53,882 nt of DNA from Actinomycetota bacterium (lineage in GTDB: Bacteria; Actinomycetota; AC-67), in NCBI GenBank assembly GCA_020201525.1, contig JAIVGO010000012.1, forward strand, positions 1 through 53,882. The letters run 5' to 3'. The translations under genes were made by a program, and so were the position numbers. Positions 1 to 9,994 of this stretch are shown in pieces. Position 1 is the stretch's first letter, and the number at the start of each line of letters is the position of its first letter. A model generated the notes under the pieces. The model had not been told where the DNA came from. It worked only from the letters and a program-made list of their open reading frames with translations, and did not search any database.

Positions 1-1
1 G

Positions 2-1024
2 ACGATGTACGACGCGGGCTGGGCCGCACCTGGCTGGCCGCGCGAATGGGGCGGCCGCGAAGCGACCGTGTCCCAGCGCGTGATCGTGCAAGAGGAGATC
101 GCGCTCGCGCGCGCGGCGGTCATCATCAATGCGATCGGCGTGTGGAACATCGGGCCCACCCTTTTGGAGTTCGGAACCGAGGACCAGAAGCGGCGGTGGC
201 TTCCCGCCATGCTCTCGGCGCAAGAGATTTGGTGCCAGGGATTCTCCGAGCCGGGCGCCGGGAGCGATCTCGCGTCGCTGCAAACAAAAGCAACGCGCGG
301 CGGGGACGACTACCGAGTCAGCGGCCAGAAGGTCTGGATCTCCTACGGTCACCGCGCCGACCGGTGTTTTCTTTTGTGCCGAACCGGCGACACCGGGCAC
401 AGAGGCATGTGCGTTCTCGTCCTCAACATGCATGCGGCCGGAGTGGAAACGCGCCCGATCCGCGAGATGACGGGCGACGCGGCCTTCGTCGAGCTTTTTC
501 TCGACGACGTACGCGTGCCGGTTGCCGACCGCGTTGGGGAGGAGGGCGACGGCTGGCGGATCGCGATGTCGACCCTCACGCACGAGCGCGTCGGCACCGT
601 GACGTACGGCATTCAGCTGAGGCAAAAGCTCGAGTCTCTCTTGCGCAAACAAGAAGCGTGGCCGACTGGGGAGGTGGAGGGCCGCCTCGCACGACAAGAT
701 CTCGCGGCGCTATGGACCGAGATTGAAATCATCCGCCTTACGGCGCTTCGCGCGGTCACAAAGGCGGCCCGTGGCGAAGTCCCATGGCCAGAGGTCCCGA
801 TCGGAAAGCTCCTGTGGAGCATGAGCGCGCAGCACCTTTCCGAGACGGCGGTTCATCTCTTCGGTGCCGACGGATTGCGGACGCGTGGAGACGATAGAGC
901 GCCCGACGAGGGTCGGTGGGCGTGGGATCTCGCGCAGACCCGCATGACGACGATCGGCGCCGGCACGACGGAGATCCAGAAGAACACGCTCGCCGAACGC
1001 GCCCTCGGATTACCGCGCTCGTGA
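2..1024 (+). CDS. Acyl-CoA dehydrogenase (FadE17/FadE26/FadE29-like), 5'-truncated
   Basis: WCQGFSEPGAGSDLASL, GQKVW, LTHER and TIGAGTTEIQKN motifs; the frame is open to the window edge. Confidence 0.92.
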   Translation, partial: TMYDAGWAAPGWPREWGGREATVSQRVIVQEEIALARAAVIINAIGVWNIGPTLLEFGTEDQKRRWLPAMLSAQEIWCQGFSEPGAGSDLASLQTKATRGGDDYRVSGQKVWISYGHRADRCFLLCRTGDTGHRGMCVLVLNMHAAGVETRPIREMTGDAAFVELFLDDVRVPVADRVGEEGDGWRIAMSTLTHERVGTVTYGIQLRQKLESLLRKQEAWPTGEVEGRLARQDLAALWTEIEIIRLTALRAVTKAARGEVPWPEVPIGKLLWSMSAQHLSETAVHLFGADGLRTRGDDRAPDEGRWAWDLAQTRMTTIGAGTTEIQKNTLAERALGLPRS

Positions 1025-2001
1025 AAGCGCTCGTCACCGGGGCGACCGGACTCATCGGTAACGCGATCGCTCGTGCGCTCATTGAACGCGGCGATGACGT
1101 CCGAGTCCTCGTGCGCGACCGGGCGCGCGCCGAGCAAATGCTGCCCGATCCGGCCGACATCATCCGCGGCGATCTCACCGAACGAGAAGGAATCGACCGC
1201 GCCGTGCGCAACATCGACGTCGTGTTTCACGCCGGCGGGTTGCCCGAGCAGTGGGCCCGCGACGCGACGATCTTCGACCGAACGAACCGGCAGGGAACCG
1301 CAAACGTGCTCGAGGCAGCGCTCGCGGCGGGTGTGAAACGCGTCGTCTACACCTCGACGATGGATGTCTTTCGCGAGGACGCGGACGGGCGCCTGCGGGA
1401 AACCGCGCCCGATCCGAACCCGAAGCCGAGCGCGTACGAGCGCTCGAAGCAGCTCGCCGAAAGGGAAGCCGACCGCGTTCGAGCCGCCGGGCTCGAGGTT
1501 GTGTTCCTCAACCCCTCGTCCGTGTACGGCCCCTCGCCGGTGGTGACCGGCATGAACGTCTTCTTCATGCGGATGCTCATGGGGAAGGTGCCGATGGTTC
1601 CGCCCGGCGGCGCGTCGCTCGCCTATGTGGATGCCGTCGCGAACGCTCACCTTGCCGCGGCCGAGCGCGGCGTGGACGGGGAGCGATATTTGCTCGCCGA
1701 TGCGCACGTGACGATGGAAGAGCTCGCGCGCATAACCGCTCGCGTCGCCGGGCTCGGCAAGACACCGAAGAAGGCGCCCGCCTTCGTATTGAAGACGTTC
1801 GCGACCGTGAGCGCGCCGCTCGCGCGGACGTTCGGCTTCAAACCGATGGTCGCACCCGACGAGCTCGGCTTCCTTCTGTGGAACGCAGACGTCGATTCGA
1901 CCAAAGCGCAACAACAGCTCGGCTACATGCCCGTCCCGATCGAAGAGGGTGTCGCGCGAACGATCGCCCACATGCGCACAACGGGACTCGCGCCGGCTTA
2001 G
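1021..2001 (+). CDS. NAD-dependent epimerase/dehydratase (extended SDR, HpnA/DFR-like)
   Basis: VTGATGLIG Rossmann motif, YTST, YERSK catalytic YxxxK, NPSSVYGP; GTG start overlaps the upstream stop (GTGA). Confidence 0.9.
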   Translation: MKALVTGATGLIGNAIARALIERGDDVRVLVRDRARAEQMLPDPADIIRGDLTEREGIDRAVRNIDVVFHAGGLPEQWARDATIFDRTNRQGTANVLEAALAAGVKRVVYTSTMDVFREDADGRLRETAPDPNPKPSAYERSKQLAEREADRVRAAGLEVVFLNPSSVYGPSPVVTGMNVFFMRMLMGKVPMVPPGGASLAYVDAVANAHLAAAERGVDGERYLLADAHVTMEELARITARVAGLGKTPKKAPAFVLKTFATVSAPLARTFGFKPMVAPDELGFLLWNADVDSTKAQQQLGYMPVPIEEGVARTIAHMRTTGLAPA

Positions 2002-2008
2002 CAGTACG

Positions 2009-2212
2009 ATGAAGCTCGTGGATCTCTTCGACGAGCTAAACAACTCGCTCGAAGACCGCATCAACGCGCTGCCGGAGCGCAAGCGCAAGATGATGCGGCT
2101 TCGCTTCGGGCTGGCCGACGGCCGTAACTGGGACCTGCGCGAGATCGCGCGCGAGTTCGACACCAACCGCGAGGAAGTGCGAAAGGTCGAAGCCGAGCTC
2201 TTCGCAGACTAG
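2009..2212 (+). CDS. Small stand-alone sigma-70 region 4-like HTH protein (67 aa)
   Basis: LPERKRKMMRLRFGLADGRNWDLREIAREFDTNREEVRKVE resembles RpoD region 4.1-4.2; ATG lies 7 nt after the upstream stop. Confidence 0.75.
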   Translation: MKLVDLFDELNNSLEDRINALPERKRKMMRLRFGLADGRNWDLREIAREFDTNREEVRKVEAELFAD

Positions 2213-3352
2213 CTACAAGACATCGCTCATCGCCGACGCCATCGCAGCGTTGTTGAGATGCTCGGAGATGCCGAACGAATCCTCGAGCGTGCGAAGAAGT
2301 GACATGTGGTCGTACGGCGTCGACACCACACTCTGTGTAATACCGGCGCCGAGCGCGAGCAGCCCGATGCGACCGCCGAATCCCGGCAACACGCCTCCCA
2401 GGCCTCCGCTGCAGCACCCCGGCGGGTTGCTCGTGTCGGTGAATCCGTTTTCGTCGAGCGTGATGATCAGAGCGCCGTCGTGCGCGTTGAGATAGGTCAG
2501 CAGCGCCGGAACTTCTTGGTGCAGCCACAAATCGGCCGACGTCAGGCCGCCGGGCAACCCGTTCGAACACGGGTTGTCGTGCCCGTCGTGACACGTGTCG
2601 GGCGTGATGAACGCAAACGGGGGAAGCGTGTCGTATGCGAGGTCGCCTGCGAGCTCCGTGTACGGCCGCACATGCGCTTGGCACCGAGCGTGGTCGCCGA
2701 CGATGTCGTCGAAATAAATGAACGGGTTGTGACGGTCGGCGTAATCGTATGCGGGGGGTTGCCGCGAATTTCCCTGATATGGATCCGGCCGGAGGTCGGT
2801 TGGGTCGTACGGCGCGTGGAAGCACGGCTCCGGCATGCCGTCCATGTATCCCTTCCACGAGATGCCGTTTTCCTCCAGCTGATCGGCGAAGTTTCGCCCG
2901 TTGGCCATTAGTGACTGTCCCTGAACGCAGGACCAGAAGTTGTTCGTAATTTGGGCTGCGGCCTCGGCGACCGGGTCCAGGAACGAGCCGCCCGGGATTC
3001 GCTCGGTCACTGCCCTCGCCAAGCCTCCCCCGTCGCAATCGGTCCCCGTGATCGGCTGATCGGGCTGACCGCTCATCATTGCGATGTAGTTGTCGAGGCT
3101 TGCATGGCCGGTGGCGTAATACCGGTCCGCGAACACGGCGTTTCCCTTCAAAGAATTCAGGTAAGGAGCCTTTGCCGGATCCCACGTATCGGAGAAGTTT
3201 TCGTTTTCGAGAACGAGCACGACGACGTGTGAGAAGCTATGGACGCCTTCGAGACCGGAGCCGGCACGCGACGTCAGAGGGCTGAGCAAAGATCCTGCGA
3301 GCAACAGTACGAGAATGAGCGACGCGCGGCACGTGTAGGCAGAACGCAGCAT
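2213..3352 (-). CDS. Secreted phosphoesterase (acid phosphatase/phospholipase C family)
   Basis: Signal peptide; HVVVLVLENE, HASLDNY, RHNPF, PDTCHDGHD, ITLDE, YDHMSLLRT motifs. Confidence 0.88.
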   Translation of the reverse strand: MLRSAYTCRASLILVLLLAGSLLSPLTSRAGSGLEGVHSFSHVVVLVLENENFSDTWDPAKAPYLNSLKGNAVFADRYYATGHASLDNYIAMMSGQPDQPITGTDCDGGGLARAVTERIPGGSFLDPVAEAAAQITNNFWSCVQGQSLMANGRNFADQLEENGISWKGYMDGMPEPCFHAPYDPTDLRPDPYQGNSRQPPAYDYADRHNPFIYFDDIVGDHARCQAHVRPYTELAGDLAYDTLPPFAFITPDTCHDGHDNPCSNGLPGGLTSADLWLHQEVPALLTYLNAHDGALIITLDENGFTDTSNPPGCCSGGLGGVLPGFGGRIGLLALGAGITQSVVSTPYDHMSLLRTLEDSFGISEHLNNAAMASAMSDVL

Positions 3353-3397
3353 GACAGCCTCCGGGGGAAAGACCTGGTCATATGAGCCGCCGAAGGC

Positions 3398-3423
3398 TTC
3401 GACGCCCCGACGGCCATTCCTTC
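3398..3423 (-). promoter_or_regulatory. Sigma-H(Spo0H)-like promoter of the phosphoesterase at 2213-3352
   Basis: GAAGGAAT-N12-GTCGAA on the minus strand. Confidence 0.65.
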
Positions 3424-3479
3424 TCCCCGGCCTCGAGATTCAGAAGTTCACCCGCATCACGGATTCGTTGTGGACCGGG

Positions 3480-3505
3480 GAAGGATTTGCTTGCCGAGCG
3501 GTGAA
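3480..3505 (+). promoter_or_regulatory. Sigma-H-like promoter of the phospholipase C
   Basis: GAAGGATT-N12-GGTGAA. Confidence 0.6.
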
Positions 3506-3552
3506 AGTTGCATTGGGCAGGACCACACGCAGCCTTTGCCAGGGAGGCAGGA

Positions 3553-4929
3553 ATGAGACGAGGGATTCGAAGCATCGCGGCCGCTGTGGCGCCGCTCATC
3601 GGGCTCACGATTCTGGCGGGGTCGCCGGCGCACGCGACTCCGGCGTTCGCACCGATCAACCACATGGTCGTTCTCATGCAAGAGAACCGCTCCTTCGATC
3701 ATTACCTCGGCCAGCTGCATGCCTACCAAGTGGCGCAACATGGCTCCTCGACGGTCGAAGCCGAACCGGTGACGGGCAACCCCAATCCCGCCGGCGGGGC
3801 GGCCATCACGCCGTTCCACCAGACGAGCTACTGCGAGGTGGCCGACCTCGACCACTCCTGGGACGGAACACACAGCGAATGGAACAGCGGTGCCATGGAC
3901 GGATTCACGGCGGCGAACGTGAAGCCGGCCGACCCGACCGGCAGCCGCACGATGGGTTACTACAACGCAACCGACTTGCCCTACTACTACGCGCTGTACG
4001 ACACCTTCGCCATGAGCGACACCTTCTTTTCGTCGGTCCTTTCCCAGACGTTCCCCAACCGGTTTTATCTTCTTGCCGGCACGTCGTTCGGCCACATCGC
4101 AAACGACTTCCCGTTCCCTCCGGGCGAGAGTCCGGTGACCGGCTTCGCGCCGGACGGTGGCACGATCTTCAACAAGCTGGACGACGCCGGTGCGACGTGG
4201 AGGGTCTACTTCAACGAGGTGCCGTTCTCGTGGCTCTTCGGCTACGTGCGTAACGGCACCGCGGGACACGTGTTCCCGATCAGCCAGTACTATGCCGATG
4301 CCGCCGCCGGCCTCCTGCCGGATGTCGCCTTCGTCGACCCGACGTTCATCGCAACGGTCAACGTCGAAAATGACGAGCATCCACCGGCGAACATCCAGAA
4401 CGGCCAAAAGCTCGTACACGACGTTCTCGGCGCGCTGATGGCCTCGCCGAACTGGCCGGACTCCGCCGCGTTTCTCACCTACGACGAACACGGCGGCTAC
4501 TACGATCATTTGCGCCCTCCGACGGCGGTAGAACCGGATGCGCTTGGACCGAACGGTCACCCGACGCAGAAGTTCGACCAGCTCGGTATCCGGGTTCCGT
4601 TCGTCGTTGTGTCGCCCTTCGCAAAAGTGCGGTACAACTCGACGGCGCTCCCGATTGCCGGTGGTACAGCAGCGAATCCAACGTACACAACGAGCGCAAA
4701 GATCTACTCGCACACCTCGATCCTGAAGACGATCGAGGACCGGTTCACGATCCCGGCCGGCCAAACCTATCTCACGAATCGTGACGCAAGCTCGAACAAC
4801 CTTGCCGACTTGTTTGACTTCGATGCGCCGGCATTCGCAACCCCTCCGGCGCTGCCGGATGCAACCATCAACGTCGCGCAGGCGGTGGACTGCGAGGTCA
4901 ATCACGAGCACGTGCCGACAGAATTGTAG
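3553..4929 (+). CDS. Secreted phospholipase C/phosphoesterase family protein
   Basis: GGGAGG RBS; signal peptide ending AHA; MQENRSFDHY, DLDHSW, QTFPNR, DEHPP, TYDEHGGYYDH, GIRVP, HTSIL motifs. Confidence 0.92.
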   Translation: MRRGIRSIAAAVAPLIGLTILAGSPAHATPAFAPINHMVVLMQENRSFDHYLGQLHAYQVAQHGSSTVEAEPVTGNPNPAGGAAITPFHQTSYCEVADLDHSWDGTHSEWNSGAMDGFTAANVKPADPTGSRTMGYYNATDLPYYYALYDTFAMSDTFFSSVLSQTFPNRFYLLAGTSFGHIANDFPFPPGESPVTGFAPDGGTIFNKLDDAGATWRVYFNEVPFSWLFGYVRNGTAGHVFPISQYYADAAAGLLPDVAFVDPTFIATVNVENDEHPPANIQNGQKLVHDVLGALMASPNWPDSAAFLTYDEHGGYYDHLRPPTAVEPDALGPNGHPTQKFDQLGIRVPFVVVSPFAKVRYNSTALPIAGGTAANPTYTTSAKIYSHTSILKTIEDRFTIPAGQTYLTNRDASSNNLADLFDFDAPAFATPPALPDATINVAQAVDCEVNHEHVPTEL

Positions 4930-4933
4930 ATAG

Positions 4934-6988
4934 CTATGAGCGGATCAGGAGCGCGTCGAGTGCGATCACGCCGTGTCCGGCCGGCAGGACACGCACCGGA
5001 TTGAGGTCGAGCTCCTGCAGCCGGTTACCGAGCGCCGTCGCCATGTGCGACACGTTCATCAATAAGTCGGCGAGCGCGTCGATGTCGGCTTTCGGCCGTC
5101 CGCGGGCACCGTCGAGCAACGGAAATCCGCGCACCTCACGGATCATCGCTTCGGCTTCTCCTCGCGTCAGTGGCACGACCCTTCGGGACACATCTCTCAT
5201 CACCTCGACGAAGACGCCGCCGAGACCGAACACGATCACGGGACCGAATTGCGGATCGTTCTTCACGCCGACGATGACCTCTTCACCGTCATCGACCATC
5301 TCTTCGACGAGGACGCCGTCGTAGCCGCCATCGCCCGCGTATTCGCGGCCGAGCTTGTCGAGCTCGTCGAACAGCGGTCCGGCTTCGTCCGGCGAGACGC
5401 CGACGCGCACGAGCCCTGCGTCGCTCTTGTGCAGAATCCCGCGCCCGCACGCTTTCATAACGACCGTCGGTCCGAGCTCGCCCGCGGCCATGCCGGCCTC
5501 GATCCCACCTTCGACGAGTGCGCGCCGCGCGAACGGAATCCCGAAGTGCTCCGCGATCGTCGCGGCCTCGTCTTCTGACAGCGGGCCCGATCCTTCAGGG
5601 AGCTCCGCGCCGGCTGAAACATCGGGCGCCGTTCGTTCTTCGAACGAGTCGATGAACTTCCAGTAATCGAGATAACGCCGGATTCCGATCACGCACGAGC
5701 GAAACGAGCGGAACATCGGCACGCCGCCTTCGACGAGAATGCGATATCCGTCCTCGTCGACGACCGGCGATCCCCAGATGACGATGACGGGCTTTTTTGC
5801 GCTCTTGTATGCATCGACGATGTCGGTCGCCACGATCTTGGACATCGATGGCAGCACGCCGGTGATCGGGCACACGAGAATGTCGCAGCTCGGGTCGTCG
5901 AGGCATTGTTCGATGAGCCAGCGGTTCTGGCCGGGTTTGCGCACCGGCTGCGCGCCGTTGTCGACGGGGTTCGACACCGTGAGGTAGTCCGGTATGAGCG
6001 TGTGCAGTTGGTTCTGCGTCTCGTTCATCAGTGGAGGAAGACGCAGTCCGGCCCATTCGCACATGTCGGCCATGTGCGCACCGGTGCCGCCGGAGATCGC
6101 ATAGATGCACACGCCGTCGCCTGGCGGTTTCGGCAAACGCGCCAACAGAGCCGAGGTCTCCAAGAGCTCGTCCAGGTCGTCCACGCGCACTATGCCGTAT
6201 TGCTTGAAGAACGCATCGTGCACGTCATCGGCGCCGGTGAGGTGACCCGTATGCGACATCGCCATGCGGGCGCCGGCATTCGTGCGGCCAACTTTCACGA
6301 GCACGATGGGTTTCTGGGCGCGCGCAGCCTTTTCCGCGGCCACCCGAAGACGGGGAATCGATTTAAAGCCTTCGATATACGCGGCGATGACGCCGGTGTC
6401 TTCGTGCGTGACGTAATACTCGATGAAATCGGCGGCTTCGAGGTCTGCTTCGTTACCGGTCGGCGCCCAGTACGACAGCCCGATGCCCAGATCGACGCCC
6501 TGCGCGATCGGGCGGCCTTGGTGACCAGACTGGGTGATGAGCCCGATTTTCTTCCCGGGCAGGTCGGGGAAAAGCTCGAACGCGTTCACGTTCGTGTTGG
6601 GGCCGAACAGCCGCACGCCCCCCTCGGCCGCGATCCGCGAAAGCTCACGTTCGCGCGCGGCGCCCTCCGCGCCGATCTCGCTGAAGCCGGCCGTGAAGAT
6701 GATGCAGAACGTCGCCTTCTTTGCGACGGCGTCGCGCAGTCCCTGTTCCGCGTCGCCGATCATGACGACGACGACGTCGAGGTCGCCGGGCACGGCGGCG
6801 AGCGTCGGGTAACACTTCACACCGACAATTTCTGCGGTCCGCGGATTCACCGGGTACACGGAGCCCCCGTCGCGCGCCGCGCGCTCCATCACCTTCTTCA
6901 GCAAGTGATAGCCGGGCTTCGTCTTGTCGTCGGTTGCCCCGATCACCGCGATGGCGCGCGGATGAAAGAAGAACCTGAGATCGCTCAC
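4934..6988 (-). CDS. Acetate/acyl-CoA ligase (ADP-forming), fused alpha-beta with ATP-grasp domain
   Basis: IAVIGA, YPVNP, GPN, QSG, GNEADL, SHTG (phospho-His), HKSD, DPQFGP, ELDLNP; the GTG at 6988 has a GGAGG RBS and a GTGA overlap (alternative ATG at 7000). Confidence 0.92.
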   Translation of the reverse strand: MSDLRFFFHPRAIAVIGATDDKTKPGYHLLKKVMERAARDGGSVYPVNPRTAEIVGVKCYPTLAAVPGDLDVVVVMIGDAEQGLRDAVAKKATFCIIFTAGFSEIGAEGAARERELSRIAAEGGVRLFGPNTNVNAFELFPDLPGKKIGLITQSGHQGRPIAQGVDLGIGLSYWAPTGNEADLEAADFIEYYVTHEDTGVIAAYIEGFKSIPRLRVAAEKAARAQKPIVLVKVGRTNAGARMAMSHTGHLTGADDVHDAFFKQYGIVRVDDLDELLETSALLARLPKPPGDGVCIYAISGGTGAHMADMCEWAGLRLPPLMNETQNQLHTLIPDYLTVSNPVDNGAQPVRKPGQNRWLIEQCLDDPSCDILVCPITGVLPSMSKIVATDIVDAYKSAKKPVIVIWGSPVVDEDGYRILVEGGVPMFRSFRSCVIGIRRYLDYWKFIDSFEERTAPDVSAGAELPEGSGPLSEDEAATIAEHFGIPFARRALVEGGIEAGMAAGELGPTVVMKACGRGILHKSDAGLVRVGVSPDEAGPLFDELDKLGREYAGDGGYDGVLVEEMVDDGEEVIVGVKNDPQFGPVIVFGLGGVFVEVMRDVSRRVVPLTRGEAEAMIREVRGFPLLDGARGRPKADIDALADLLMNVSHMATALGNRLQELDLNPVRVLPAGHGVIALDALLIRS

Positions 6989-7419
6989 ACCGGCCTCCAT
7001 TGCGGCAACGAGACTCCCTCTTCGACGTCTTCGAAGACGACCTCCACTTCCATCCCCTCATCCGGCTGATCGATTCCGAGCACGTTTCCGACCATGCGCA
7101 CGCCTTCGTCCAATTCAATCACGGCAACGTTGTACGGAGTCTTTTCGGCAAATGCCGGGAGCACCGGAGGATGAACGACGACCCACGACCAGACTCGGCC
7201 GTGGCCCGATGCCGGGACCCACACCGACTCCATCGACAGGCAGGACGGGCACATCGGGCGCGGCGGATGCCGGTACGCGCCGCACGCCGCACACCGTTGC
7301 AGTACCAGCTCGTGCCGCGCAGCGGCCTTCCAGAACGGTGCCGAGTCATCGTCGGGAAGCGGCACTGGGGGGAGCGCCTTCGTTTCGGCGGTTGCGTGCC
7401 CGCTCGTGTGATAGCTCAT
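6985..7419 (-). CDS. Zn-ribbon/OB-fold protein (DUF35, ChsH2-C-like), thiolase partner
   Basis: PFW...LVLQRCAACG..RHPPRPMCPSC, G.VWSW, IELDEGVRMVGN; directly downstream of the thiolase-like gene. Confidence 0.9.
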   Translation of the reverse strand: MSYHTSGHATAETKALPPVPLPDDDSAPFWKAAARHELVLQRCAACGAYRHPPRPMCPSCLSMESVWVPASGHGRVWSWVVVHPPVLPAFAEKTPYNVAVIELDEGVRMVGNVLGIDQPDEGMEVEVVFEDVEEGVSLPQWRPV

Positions 7420-8582
7420 GGCTTCCTCAGCACGAGTGCACTCGTGGGGACGCCGTTGCCCGACGTCACGAAGACGGTCTCGCAACCGTCGACTTGATTA
7501 ACCGAGGTTCCTCGAATCTGCCGCGCTCCTTCGACGATCAAGTTCATCCCGTGCACGTAGGCTTCAGACAAGCCGCCGCCGCTAGTGTTCGTCGGCAGCG
7601 CGCCGCCGAGCCGCAAGTTCCCTTCGGCGCAAAACGGTCCACCCTCGCCGTGCTTCACGAAGCCGTATTCCTCCAGCGACATGAGGACCAGCGGCGTGAA
7701 CGCGTCGTAGATTTGCGCGCAGTCCATGTCTCCGGGGCTCATGTCGGCGAGCCGCCACAGCTCATCGCCGGCGAATCTTCCGGGGGAGTGCAGCGGGTTC
7801 GCGGTGAAGTAATTCGACATGACCGTGTGATCGGGTCCCATGCCTTGCGACGCCGCGCGCACCAGCACCGGCGGCTGCTTACAGTCGCTTGCGCGCTCGG
7901 GCGTCGTCAGCACGACTGCGAGCGCGCCGTCCGACTCCAAGCAGCAGTCGAAGAGGCGTAGCGGCTCGGAGATGAAGCGCGACGCCGTGTAGTCGTCGAG
8001 CGTCATCGGCCGCCCGCGCATCATCGCGTACGGGTTCTTCTGTGCGTGCTCGCGGCAGGCGACGGCGACTGCGCCGAGCTGTTCCGGCGTGGATCCGAAT
8101 TCCATCATGTGCCGCCGTGCGAGCATCGCGATTTGATCGACGGGACGCGTGAGACCCCAGGGCAGCCACCACTGCAGGTCGCCGCCGACCTTGTTCGACT
8201 TCGACGCCCAGGGCCTGCCTCCGGATCCTCGGTTGCGCGCGCGCCACACGACCACGACGGAGGCAGCGCCCGTCGCGATCGCCATCGCAGCGTGACCGAT
8301 CGCCGCGCATCCTGCGCCGCCTCCGTACGCGACGTCGCCGAAGAAACGGATGTTCGGAATTCCCATGTTCCGCGCGATCTCGACCTCGAATGTGTTCTCC
8401 AAGGAGAACTTCACGAGACCGTCGACCTCGGAAGGCGCGATGCCGGCATCCTCCAAAGCAGCCTTGATCGCCTCGAGCGCGATCACGCGCTCGGGCCGGC
8501 CGATATTTTTCGAGAACTCGGTGTGCCCGATGCCGGTAATGGCCGCGCGGTCGCGGACGGCCGCATACGGGTCCGCGACCAC
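7416..8582 (-). CDS. Lipid-transfer protein / SCP-x thiolase-like aldolase (Ltp2-like)
   Basis: AITGIGHTEF, YGGGAGC, DCCLESDGA, YDAFT, NTSGGGLSEAYVHG. Confidence 0.9.
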   Translation of the reverse strand: MVADPYAAVRDRAAITGIGHTEFSKNIGRPERVIALEAIKAALEDAGIAPSEVDGLVKFSLENTFEVEIARNMGIPNIRFFGDVAYGGGAGCAAIGHAAMAIATGAASVVVVWRARNRGSGGRPWASKSNKVGGDLQWWLPWGLTRPVDQIAMLARRHMMEFGSTPEQLGAVAVACREHAQKNPYAMMRGRPMTLDDYTASRFISEPLRLFDCCLESDGALAVVLTTPERASDCKQPPVLVRAASQGMGPDHTVMSNYFTANPLHSPGRFAGDELWRLADMSPGDMDCAQIYDAFTPLVLMSLEEYGFVKHGEGGPFCAEGNLRLGGALPTNTSGGGLSEAYVHGMNLIVEGARQIRGTSVNQVDGCETVFVTSGNGVPTSALVLRKP

Positions 8583-8588
8583 TCAGCC

Positions 8589-9752
8589 CTACTTGTCGAG
8601 GCCGAAGATGCGCACGGCGTTGCCGGCGAGAATCTTTGCCTTCTCGTCTTGGCCGACGCCGTTGAACATCTCGTTGATGCGCGCGCGAGAGTACGGCCAG
8701 TCGTTCCCGTGGTGCGGGAAGTCCGTCGACCACAGCATGTTTTCGACGCCGACCGCGTGACGCAGCTTCACGCCGATGTAGTCCTGCATGAACGTTGCGG
8801 CGAAATTGCGATACCAGTAGTACGACGGCTCGTGCTTGATCTCGAGTCCGGCCCACGTTCGGTTGCGCCAGTACCGGTCGTCCATCATCTCGAGGAAGTG
8901 CGGTATCCAGCCGACGCCGACTTCGATCAAAACAACGCGCAGCTCGGGGAAGCGATCGAACACCCCGTTGAAGATGAATGAAGCGATCGTGGGTGGTACT
9001 GCGCTGAACACGCCGGCGAGCCCGCCGACGGCCTTCGCGTTCATGCGCTTCTTGTCCTTGCCGATGCCGCTCGTCACGCTGCGCCCGGCCTTCTGCTGTT
9101 CCATGCGCGCCTTGCGGCTGATCATCGTGATGTGAATCGTGACCGGCAGGTCCGCATCCACACACGCGGCCCAGAACGGGTCGTCTTCCTCGCTGATCGT
9201 CTCGGCGCCGGTCGGCCAGCCTCCGATCACAACGCCCTTCGCGCCCTTCTCCTTCGCTTTCTTCACGTATTTGACGGCGGTCTCAACGCCGAGCAAAGGG
9301 ATCTGGTACATGGGGAAAAGCCGCGCGGGGTCGGCGGCCGCGAACTCGTCGAACGAAAACGCGTTGAATGCGTCGACGCCGGCGAGCGAGATCTCCTCGT
9401 CGGGGTTGCCGAGCCAGTGACCGATCGTTCGCTGCGGCGGGAAGATGATTTCCGCATCGATTCCGTCGACGTCCATGTCCTCGATGCGCGCCTTGCCGTT
9501 GTGCACCGAGGGCCGCGCCATGTCGTACGTCATGCCGAACCAGCGCATCTCCTCGAAGCGCTGGCCGGGCGTGACGGTGAGCCCGATCGGCTCGGGTGCG
9601 CCGACCGCGAACTGCCAGGCGTCGCCGCCTTCGGGGTCCTTGGCGAGGACGGGCGCGTGCTCCTGGTACTTGGCGGGGAGGTGGTTCTTCCAAATGTCCG
9701 GTGGTTCTGTGATGTGCACATCCGATGAGATGATGTCGTAGCTTCGCGGCAT
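8589..9752 (-). CDS. Amidohydrolase-2 family protein
   Basis: SSDVHITEP, DMDVDGID, IHI, GVFDRFPEL, EVGVGW, WSTDFPH. Confidence 0.9.
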   Translation of the reverse strand: MPRSYDIISSDVHITEPPDIWKNHLPAKYQEHAPVLAKDPEGGDAWQFAVGAPEPIGLTVTPGQRFEEMRWFGMTYDMARPSVHNGKARIEDMDVDGIDAEIIFPPQRTIGHWLGNPDEEISLAGVDAFNAFSFDEFAAADPARLFPMYQIPLLGVETAVKYVKKAKEKGAKGVVIGGWPTGAETISEEDDPFWAACVDADLPVTIHITMISRKARMEQQKAGRSVTSGIGKDKKRMNAKAVGGLAGVFSAVPPTIASFIFNGVFDRFPELRVVLIEVGVGWIPHFLEMMDDRYWRNRTWAGLEIKHEPSYYWYRNFAATFMQDYIGVKLRHAVGVENMLWSTDFPHHGNDWPYSRARINEMFNGVGQDEKAKILAGNAVRIFGLDK

Positions 9753-9829
9753 CGTGACCCCTTTCCACCAGGGAATGTGTGCAAGTCTAGGAGTCCCCGG
9801 TCGGCTCAAGCATAGAGGCGGGATGGGAG

Positions 9830-9849
9830 ACCTGACAATCGCGTCAGGT
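9830..9849. promoter_or_regulatory. Palindromic operator ACCTGAC-N6-GTCAGGT
   Basis: Perfect 7-bp inverted repeat upstream of the amidohydrolase-ltp operon; related copies at 28259 and 32138. Confidence 0.6.
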
Positions 9850-9877
9850 TGTAAGACCCCCAGGAAGGCCCGCGAGG

Positions 9878-9904
9878 GCAGGGATGGGGGCCTCGGGCAG
9901 CGAA
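9878..9904 (+). promoter_or_regulatory. Sigma-H-like promoter of the repeat-protein/histidine kinase operon
   Basis: GCAGGGAT-N13-AGCGAA. Confidence 0.5.
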
Positions 9905-9994
9905 AGAGACCCCGAGCAATGGGGGTTGCGCGGGTACGGCACGTCGCAAGGCGCTTGCTGGTGCCGTGCCCGAGCCTGGCGACTGGTATTTGAG

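Noticed and set aside
9911-9924. CCCGAG-CA-ATGGGG as another CCCGCA box
   Set aside because: Five mismatches to the consensus; could arise by chance in GC-rich DNA
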